From: an uncultured archaeon
GTDB lineage: Archaea; Asgardarchaeota; Lokiarchaeia; Sigyniarchaeales; Promethearchaeaceae
Reading direction: 5' to 3'
NCBI GenBank assembly: GCA_964426185.1
Contig: CAYRPF010000108.1
Location: forward strand, 1-7,768
DNA: 7,768 nt
Shown: piece after piece, positions 1 through 5,920 of the stretch
Position numbering within the stretch: the first letter of the stretch is position 1
How the letters are laid out: the number at the start of each line of letters is the position of its first letter
Position numbers and translations under genes: made by a program
Notes under the pieces: model-generated
The model's database searches: none
What the model saw: only the letters and a program-made list of their open reading frames with translations
Told to the model about the DNA's origin: nothing

Positions 1-430
1 CCATTGAGTCATAAAATGAATTCCGATATTCTAAAGTTCTCCCCACGCATGTGGGGGTGTACCAGGGATGAAAATCTCAAAGATTGATTTACCCTTGTTC
101 TCCCCACGCATGTGGGGGTGTACCAAAAATAGTGAAAAGAGAAAAGGGGATTCATGAGTTCTCCCCACGCATGTGGGGGTGTACCATGAACTCGAATATT
201 TTTTTTGTCTTAATTGTTGTTCTCCCCACGCATGTGGGGGTGTACCATTGTGTGCCGCTCAAGGGACTCCAGTTGCAATATTCTCCCCACGCATGTGGGG
301 GTGTACCAAACATGAAAGCGAAAGGAATTTCATGGATATAATTCTCCCCACGCATGTGGGGGTGTACCACAAACATTGATTTAGTTGAAATTGATGTTGG
401 AATTCTCCCCACGCATGTGGGGGTGTACCA
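1..430 (+). CRISPR. Type I-E-like CRISPR array, leader-distal end, truncated by the left window edge
   Basis: Repeat (G/A)TTCTCCCCACGCATGTGGGGGTGTACCA starts at 36, 97, 158, 219, 280, 341 and 402 (exact 61-bp period), with unique 32-bp spacers. CCA at 1-3 is the in-phase end of a preceding repeat. The CCCCAC-GCAT-GTGGGG hairpin is followed by 8 nt (GTGTACCA), matching the I-E repeat architecture and 8-nt 5' handle, which implies + strand transcription with the leader off-window to the left. Confidence 0.97.
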
Positions 431-462
431 TATTTAAACTAATCCTAAGGCTTTTATTCTGA

Positions 463-491
463 GTTCTGATAATAAATGCAGAGGTTAAAAA
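463..491 (+). repeat. Degenerate terminal CRISPR repeat, preceded by a final 32-bp spacer at 431-462
   Basis: Starts exactly one period after the last intact repeat (402+61=463) with GTTCT. It matches the consensus at 15 of 29 positions ungapped (GTTCTgataAtaaATGcaGaGGTtaAaaA). The hairpin is destroyed. Confidence 0.6.
481..485 (+). promoter_or_regulatory. Shine-Dalgarno-like GAGGT for the DEDDh gene
   Basis: GAGGT lies 7 nt upstream of the ATG at 493, inside the degenerate repeat. Confidence 0.55.
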
Positions 492-492
492 T

Positions 493-1056
493 ATGCCCCA
501 ATTAGATGAAGATGAAGTGATGATTATTGATTTAGAGACTACTGGTTTTTTTCCTTTTAAGGATTTAATTGTAGAAATAGGAATAGTTCAATTGGATCTC
601 AATTCTGGAAAAAGAGACCATATAATGAACGAATTAGTTATTGAAAGCGAAAAGCGGTTAAGTCAAAAGAGAAATTCATGGATATTCAAGAATTCGGATT
701 TAACTTATGAAGAATTATTGGAAAAGGGAATAAGTCTAAGCGAAATTTCTTCAAAACTCTCTGATTTATTTAGGAGTAATAAATTTACAGGTTTTTATTC
801 TGAGTTCGATTTTACATTTTTAGAAGCGCGTGGATTTAAAATTGATAAAGCTGCTGATATAATGTATTTATCGAGAAAATACCTTAATATATACTATGGT
901 ATTGATAAATATCCCAGTGTCGAAGAATGTATGAAAAGGATTCTGAAAGATTATTCAAAAGAGCCGCACCGTGCGATTAAGGATGCTGAAATAGAAGCAA
1001 AAATATTATTTGAGATATGTAAAGATGAAGAAATAAGAGAAGAATTATTTAATTAA
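493..1056 (+). CDS. Stand-alone DEDDh (DnaQ/epsilon-like) 3'-5' exonuclease, 187 aa
   Basis: ExoI motif IIDLETTG, ExoII-like GFYSEFD (the usual HNxxFD is altered) and ExoIII motif HRAIKDA, with the typical IVEIGIV strand after ExoI. Confidence 0.92.
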   Translation: MPQLDEDEVMIIDLETTGFFPFKDLIVEIGIVQLDLNSGKRDHIMNELVIESEKRLSQKRNSWIFKNSDLTYEELLEKGISLSEISSKLSDLFRSNKFTGFYSEFDFTFLEARGFKIDKAADIMYLSRKYLNIYYGIDKYPSVEECMKRILKDYSKEPHRAIKDAEIEAKILFEICKDEEIREELFN

Positions 1057-1066
1057 GGATAGTTAG

Positions 1067-2422
1067 TTATACCAAATCTTTCCATAGGATTTCCTCCATA
1101 CCCTTTAAATCAAAGCAAAACACTTCTCTTTCATTAAATTCTTCAATTTTTTGTGAAAAACTTCTTGCAAAAACAACAAATGTATGTTCTTTTGTATGAA
1201 GTTTACCAGGATATCGTATTAATTGACCTTTTTTTGCTAATTCCTTAACTATTCGCTTAGCATTTACTTTTTCTTTCCATTTGCATTCAATAAGATAATC
1301 GTTTTTTGAAGTTGGAGAAAATGCAACTAGATCTATTTCATTTTCCTTCCACCACCATCGACCGATCTTGGAAAATTTGAATAAATCCATTTTAATTAGA
1401 AATTGTTTTGCTACTTTTTCAAAGATATGACCCAAATAATCGCTGTAGTCTGTCTTAATTTCATCAATACTTAATATTCCCTCTTCAAGGCTACTTAAAT
1501 TACCATAAATATAACGAAACCAAAATCTTAAGAAGTTATCCTTCAGAAAGTATCGCCCATTTCTCGAAGGAATTTTATCGGTAATTGGGATTTCTCGATG
1601 GATAAATTCTATTTCAATTAACTGACTTAAATACTTGGAAATTTGAGATGTATTTAAATTAATATGATTTGCAATAGCGTTCGGAGTGGTCTTACCAAAT
1701 GCTATAGCTTCAAGAATTTGCTTATACCTGCGAGCATTTTTAAATTCATATCGGATAATGAAATCGATTTCATCTTTTAAAAAACTTGTAGAAGATTTGA
1801 ATTCCGTTGATAACCAATCCCAGAAATCACCTTTGATCATATTTAAATAATAGGGGATTCCATCGGAAAATCCATAAATTTCGATTATTTCTTCCAACGA
1901 TTTGTTTGGAAAAAAAGCCTTCAAATCATAAAATTTAACAGGAGACAATTTTAAAGAAACGTCTTTCCTAGCATATAATGGGCTCGAGTGATCTAAAACA
2001 TTTTTGGTCATTAGAGATATTGAAGATCCCAAAAGAATTAGTTTCAGAGGAGAATCTTGTAGAAGAATATCTATGATATATTGAAAAGTATTAAGGATTT
2101 CTCTGTCTTCAAGGATTAAATTTTGAAATTCATCAATAATGATGAGATTAACTTTATTTCTGAGATATTTAAAGAGTATTTGATAATCTTTTTTGAGATC
2201 TAATATTTCGGGAACCTTTTTTGCACAAGTATTATAAAATTTATCGAGATTTTGCGTTTCTCCTGCAAGATAATAGATAAATTTTTCATTTTTGGCAATG
2301 TGTAAGGCTAATGCGGTTTTTCCAATTCTGCGCCGACCATAAATAACAATGATTTGTTTTTGTTTGGATGAAATTTTATTTAATAAATCTCGAACTTCCT
2401 TGGTTCTATCCTTAAATTCCAT
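1067..2422 (-). CDS. Archaeal AAA+ ATPase (COG1672-like) with wHTH and C-terminal DUF234/PD-(D/E)XK-like domain, 451 aa
   Basis: N-terminal F.DR..E, Walker A YGRRRIGKT, Walker B IIIDEFQ, LLGSS, SPLYAR and GIPYYL motifs. HTH-like TPNAIANHINLNTSQISKYLSQL, DNFLRFWFRY, and C-terminal GHIFE...GRWW...EIDLV...IECKW. Confidence 0.92.
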   Translation of the reverse strand: MEFKDRTKEVRDLLNKISSKQKQIIVIYGRRRIGKTALALHIAKNEKFIYYLAGETQNLDKFYNTCAKKVPEILDLKKDYQILFKYLRNKVNLIIIDEFQNLILEDREILNTFQYIIDILLQDSPLKLILLGSSISLMTKNVLDHSSPLYARKDVSLKLSPVKFYDLKAFFPNKSLEEIIEIYGFSDGIPYYLNMIKGDFWDWLSTEFKSSTSFLKDEIDFIIRYEFKNARRYKQILEAIAFGKTTPNAIANHINLNTSQISKYLSQLIEIEFIHREIPITDKIPSRNGRYFLKDNFLRFWFRYIYGNLSSLEEGILSIDEIKTDYSDYLGHIFEKVAKQFLIKMDLFKFSKIGRWWWKENEIDLVAFSPTSKNDYLIECKWKEKVNAKRIVKELAKKGQLIRYPGKLHTKEHTFVVFARSFSQKIEEFNEREVFCFDLKGMEEILWKDLV

Positions 2423-2543
2423 AATTAATATTAAGAAAATTCATAATAAAAATTTTTAGGGTAAAAAATTTTATGAAAATTAAGAAAATAATTTTTATGA
2501 TAATGGCAAAAACTTCTCTTGATATAGAAAAGAAGAGTACTAA

Positions 2544-2909
2544 TTACATCAACCTACCTAACCATGCATTCAAATCCAACACCCACCATGCCATTTTATC
2601 TTGGAATCCATTTGAATTTAAAAAAGTGATTTGCATCAATGGAATTGCTCTAAATTTCCCTAAAAAACTTTTTACTTGCTCCACCTTCGAGATAGATTGC
2701 CGAGGGATCACGAACTTCCGTTGGGGTAGCCACATATAGAAAATTAAATACTCCCTTGTTAAAGCGAGAACTCCGTTTCCCCTTATTTGAGAATAGCCTT
2801 TAGATTTTATTCCTGCAAAATTGGCCATATTATCCACTATTTCAAAAGAATCGGTTTGGAAATCTTTCTTAATTGCATTTAATCGTTTTTTTTTCAATCG
2901 GGAAAACAT
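2544..2909 (-). CDS. Small hypothetical protein with probable PH-like (GRAM/bPH) fold, 121 aa
   Basis: The pattern G-x-L-x-LT...LIF...F-x-IP...I..V (GNGVLALTREYLIFY...KFVIPRQSISKVE), further beta strands and a C-terminal W-containing helix resemble PH-fold domains. Recognised by pattern only. Confidence 0.65.
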   Translation of the reverse strand: MFSRLKKKRLNAIKKDFQTDSFEIVDNMANFAGIKSKGYSQIRGNGVLALTREYLIFYMWLPQRKFVIPRQSISKVEQVKSFLGKFRAIPLMQITFLNSNGFQDKMAWWVLDLNAWLGRLM

Positions 2910-3097
2910 CAGATATCACATATGAAATTAAGATAAATTGGTTAAATAAATTGTGAAATATCAAAAAGTCAATTCCATTCAATTTTCAAGTTCTAAAAAC
3001 AACCATTTTAATTGATCTATTTGTTCTTCTTGCATCTCAATCCAATTATGGAGTATTTTTCAAAGGCGGAAAGAAAAACCCAATTAAAAAAAGTCCA

Positions 3098-3571
3098 TTA
3101 TTTCAATTCTTCAATAATCTGATGAAAATCGTTTTTATTTGGATAAATAATTCGAATATCTCCCAAACTTACTTTAAAATCGGAATCCATGGTAATAAAT
3201 CCTGCACATTTGGTGTCAATTGCTGTAATCGCATGTAATGCGTCCATTGCATATAGATTTTGTTTGAATATCAAGGGTCGTGATTTTATAATATGCGTTT
3301 TCGAGATGGGAATCAAGAATAGAAATCTATCTCTAACTAATTCTTCAATATCTGCAAGAAAAAAGTCTAAAGCAACATTTGCAGAATGTAAATCAATTAC
3401 TTCCAGATTTACTTGCTTTTTAAAGGCCCGAAACATCTCAGTTATCATGATTTCATTGGTGATCATTTGAAAATTATCTCTGTTCTCTTCAAATATTTTA
3501 TCTACATATTTACTATCTTCGAAAGGGCAATAACGATAGTAGAATATGTTGGTATCTAAATAGAATTTCAT
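3098..3571 (-). CDS. vapC: PIN-domain VapC-type toxin, 157 aa
   Basis: FYLDTN, ITE, YAMDALHAITA and FITMDSDF provide the PIN acidic residues. Its ATG overlaps the upstream antitoxin stop (ATGA at 3568-3571). Confidence 0.9.
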   Translation of the reverse strand: MKFYLDTNIFYYRYCPFEDSKYVDKIFEENRDNFQMITNEIMITEMFRAFKKQVNLEVIDLHSANVALDFFLADIEELVRDRFLFLIPISKTHIIKSRPLIFKQNLYAMDALHAITAIDTKCAGFITMDSDFKVSLGDIRIIYPNKNDFHQIIEELK

Positions 3572-3807
3572 GAACCTTCCTCACGGATTTCTCGAATCAC
3601 GTCAATTCCATTCTTAAAAGGTTTTTTGGCCTGCGATTGAAGAAAATTTCGCAAGTCTTGAGCACTTAGAATTTTTAATTTCTGCTTGATAAAGGTGTGG
3701 ATCCCTCCTCGTATCGCTTCACTTCGATTTTTGATAACCCCAGCTTGAACCAGTTGGTCCAACCATTCGATCAAATCATTATCAAGAAATACAGAAATGT
3801 TAGTCAT
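3568..3807 (-). CDS. Ribbon-helix-helix (CopG/NikR-like) antitoxin, 79 aa; true start is probably 3807 rather than 4047
   Basis: MTNISVFLDNDLIEWLDQLVQAGVIKNRSEAIRGGI is a classic RHH signature, and the C-terminal GIDVIREIRE resembles archaeal VapB tails. 4-bp overlap with vapC. A TATA-like box lies 23-28 nt upstream of the 3807 ATG. Confidence 0.88.
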   Translation of the reverse strand: MTNISVFLDNDLIEWLDQLVQAGVIKNRSEAIRGGIHTFIKQKLKILSAQDLRNFLQSQAKKPFKNGIDVIREIREEGS

Positions 3808-3811
3808 AATT

Positions 3812-3846
3812 ATAATAGAAAAAATATAATATAAAAATACTATTAT
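3812..3846 (-). promoter_or_regulatory. Putative archaeal promoter of the RHH-vapC operon with a flanking inverted repeat
   Basis: TTTATA on the minus strand at 3830-3835, at leaderless-transcript spacing from ATG 3807. It is bracketed by ATAATAG (3812-3818) and CTATTAT (3840-3846). The context is very AT-rich, so support is modest. Confidence 0.45.
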
Positions 3847-3961
3847 TTTTCTTGTTAATACTGCTTTCATCATCAAGATATTGGATTGTTCTTCTTCACA
3901 TGAGGAGTTATTTTCTAACTTTGTGGAGGCAGAACAGCAACATATATGAAAGTAATTGAAA

Positions 3962-4288
3962 TTATCGATTAAATTTTTCTTCACTGATGATTTGCTGAGC
4001 AATTTCATCTGTATAATCATCGAGATCTGCCTCAATAGGCGGTTCAATATTTTCCTTCACAATAATTTCCAAGATTTGATCAGGCGTGAGGGAGGTAAGG
4101 TGGAGTATTTTTTTCAGACCAATTTTACCTTGCTTATAATCTTCCAACAAAATGGGTAGGATTTTATCGGTTAATTGATCGATTAAAATCTGGCGTGTGC
4201 AAACTGCCTTTGATATATTTTTCCTTTTTGCAAGATATTCAAGTAATTGATTGATTTCTTTGTTTACTCGAATGTTAATTTGATGCAT
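3962..4288 (-). CDS. RHH + UPF0175-like HTH putative antitoxin, 108 aa
   Basis: N-terminal QINIRVNKEINQLLEYLAKRKNISKAVCTRQIL (RHH), then LEDYKQGKIGLKKILHLTSLT...ILEIIVKENI (UPF0175-like Y..GKIS...A pattern) and an acidic tail. Confidence 0.8.
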   Translation of the reverse strand: MHQINIRVNKEINQLLEYLAKRKNISKAVCTRQILIDQLTDKILPILLEDYKQGKIGLKKILHLTSLTPDQILEIIVKENIEPPIEADLDDYTDEIAQQIISEEKFNR

Positions 4289-4295
4289 AATATCC

Positions 4296-4346
4296 AGAGT
4301 ACTATAAGTACTCTAATTATTTAAGATTATTTCTACTATTAGTACT
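4296..4346. promoter_or_regulatory. Two operator-like palindromes flanking a probable bidirectional promoter
   Basis: Perfect inverted repeat AGAGTACT-ATA-AGTACTCT at 4296-4314 and a second imperfect copy TCTACT-ATT-AGTACT at 4332-4346 (12/15 to the core of the first). TATTTAAG lies between them at 4318-4325. The whole intergenic region is 59 bp. Confidence 0.7.
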
Positions 4347-4347
4347 T

Positions 4348-4824
4348 ATGAATCTAATGATAGACACCTTTTCATGGAAGAAAATTGACCTTTTATCGCA
4401 GGAGGATCTTATTAATCTCGATCTTTTTTATAAGTGGGCTCAAATTTACATAACGCATGAAGTCAAAAAGGAAATAGAGCATTTTGGATTAGATTCATGC
4501 AGAATCAATGCGATCACCATTTTACCTGTGAAAAACAAAAAATATTACAAATTTGCCTTAGATTTAGGATTTGATGCAGCAGATTCTGAGATTTTTAGCA
4601 ATTGCAGTTCTACCAAAGAAATGACAATAGTATCCGAAGATAAGCCGTTATTGAAACTTTTACAATCCTTTAAAGCCAGGGCGATACAAGTGATAGATCT
4701 ATTTGGAATCTATTATAAATTGGATTTAATCAAATCAAAGGAGTTAATTCGAATAAATAAATACTGTAGAGCGAAGAAAAATATTACAGATAGAAAATTC
4801 AAAAAGATTAACCAATATCGTTAA
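4348..4824 (+). CDS. PIN-domain protein (DUF3368-like), 158 aa
   Basis: LMIDT, IYITHEVKKEI, GFDAADSEI and IVSEDKPL follow PIN acidic-residue spacing, with a C-terminal helical extension as in DUF3368-type PINs. Confidence 0.75.
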   Translation: MNLMIDTFSWKKIDLLSQEDLINLDLFYKWAQIYITHEVKKEIEHFGLDSCRINAITILPVKNKKYYKFALDLGFDAADSEIFSNCSSTKEMTIVSEDKPLLKLLQSFKARAIQVIDLFGIYYKLDLIKSKELIRINKYCRAKKNITDRKFKKINQYR

Positions 4825-4950
4825 GAAAGCAAAATTGAACTAATATTTATTATATCCTTCAAAATTCCTATAGGATCATTAAGGATCTTATATATATCAC
4901 TGAGAAAAACAAGTTCAAACTTAATTGTTAAATAAAAATTTTCCAATAAA

Positions 4951-4970
4951 AAAATTGAAATGTCAATTTT
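4951..4970. promoter_or_regulatory. Inverted repeat upstream of the CPBP gene (possible operator)
   Basis: AAAATTGA-AATG-TCAATTTT has perfect 8-bp arms and ends 13 nt before ATG 4984. Confidence 0.35.
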
Positions 4971-4983
4971 CTCACTTTAAATT

Positions 4984-5718
4984 ATGGTGCAAACGTGGAA
5001 ACCCAATAAATGGGATTTAGGGATATCACTATTAATTGCAGCTGCATTTCCCGTTTTAGCTTCATTTTTGTATTCAACCACCGGTGCATTCATTCCGATG
5101 GTGATTTATTACGGGTTGGCTTGGGGGATTAGCAAATGGCGGCGCGGAAAAACAGGTTATTTCAATCCTATGCCGAAAAAAATCCCCCAATTCTTCATTA
5201 TAAATGTTTTTGTGATTGTTTTAACTTTAATTGCAGCATTTTTTGCCCGTCCTGCGGAAATTTTTCCATTTTCTTCAGGAGCATTAATAACGGGATTGAT
5301 ATGGGCTCCAATTAATGCTGCTTCTGAACAATTGCTTTGGATTTATATTTTTGAATCTTGGGATTTATTTCCATTGAAATTACAAACGGATAGTGTTGCA
5401 GAATTAAATAATAATAATAAAATGAGTTATAAGAAATTAAAGAATAACATATTGCTCTTTCGGATTATAGGAATTATTTTATTTAGTTTGTTTGTAGGCA
5501 CAATTCATTCGATGTATTGGAGTAAATTTCTCACTACGGTAAATGATTCTTCTGTTTGGGGTATTATTTTTATTTTACTAACAACGGTATCTGGATATTT
5601 GCACATTGCGGTGTGGCGTGAATCGAAGCAGATGATTTTTACATTTATACCGCATTTTATGCTGAACCTTTTCCCGCTTTTCTGGACGGGCTATTCTATG
5701 GTACCCTACCTTTTTTAA
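4984..5718 (+). CDS. CPBP (type II CAAX/Abi) family intramembrane protease-like protein, atypical motif 1, 244 aa
   Basis: Multiple hydrophobic TM segments. NAASEQLLW occupies the position of EExxxR, FVGTIH corresponds to FxxxH and PHFMLN to HxxxN. Confidence 0.7.
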   Translation: MVQTWKPNKWDLGISLLIAAAFPVLASFLYSTTGAFIPMVIYYGLAWGISKWRRGKTGYFNPMPKKIPQFFIINVFVIVLTLIAAFFARPAEIFPFSSGALITGLIWAPINAASEQLLWIYIFESWDLFPLKLQTDSVAELNNNNKMSYKKLKNNILLFRIIGIILFSLFVGTIHSMYWSKFLTTVNDSSVWGIIFILLTTVSGYLHIAVWRESKQMIFTFIPHFMLNLFPLFWTGYSMVPYLF

Positions 5719-5879
5719 TTTAAATTATACTATCTTGTAAGGTTAAGAATTCACCTACTGGTTATTCAGTACCATTAATGTTGCAGAACGAGCAAATTTT
5801 AACTCGAATGCTTGATACTTGATGCTTGAATAATTTTTTTACGCTGCACCGATTAATTAAAATGACATTGGGAACTCAG

Positions 5880-5907
5880 AAAAAAAAGAAGGATCGGCAA
5901 AAAAAAA
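5880..5907 (-). terminator. Oligo-T archaeal-type terminator of the surface-protein gene
   Basis: On the minus strand, T9 (5899-5907) and T8 (5880-5887) runs begin 14 nt after the stop at 5921. Confidence 0.45.
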
Positions 5908-5920
5908 CGAATAGATTTTA

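Noticed and set aside
126-401. 10-nt matches of spacers 126-157 (AAAAGAGAAA) and 370-401 (ATTGATTTAG) to the DEDDh gene, and loose gapped similarity between spacers 126-157 and 309-340
   Set aside because: Short, low-complexity matches are expected in AT-rich DNA. They also caution that the longer spacer-gene matches need a statistical test.
84-412. ORFs 84-341 (+), 152-412 (-) and 173-379 (+)
   Set aside because: They are translations of CRISPR repeats and spacers (recurring SPHACGG / LPTHVGV / HPHMRGE peptides), not genes.
431-492. CRISPR leader on the right side of the array
   Set aside because: Hairpin and handle geometry implies + strand transcription, and this stretch parses as one more spacer plus a decayed repeat, i.e. 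the trailer end.
2534-2542. AGAGTACTA, identical to one arm of the 4296-4314 operator
   Set aside because: A single half-site beside a stop codon with no partner arm, plausibly chance.
2473-2739. 88-aa + strand ORF
   Set aside because: It is antisense to the more protein-like 2544-2909 ORF, starts in AT-rich promoter DNA and has no recognisable motif.
3189-3470. 93-aa + strand ORF
   Set aside because: Antisense shadow fully inside vapC.
3808-4047. 80-aa N-terminal extension of the RHH antitoxin ORF
   Set aside because: It overlaps the UPF0175-like gene in another frame and runs through AT-rich promoter sequence. The RHH domain and TATA spacing point to the ATG at 3807.
3956-4159. 67-aa + strand ORF
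   Set aside because: Antisense shadow of the 3962-4288 gene.
4866-4875. Palindrome TCCTATAGGA downstream of the PIN gene
   Set aside because: An isolated 10-bp palindrome with no second copy or clear positional logic.
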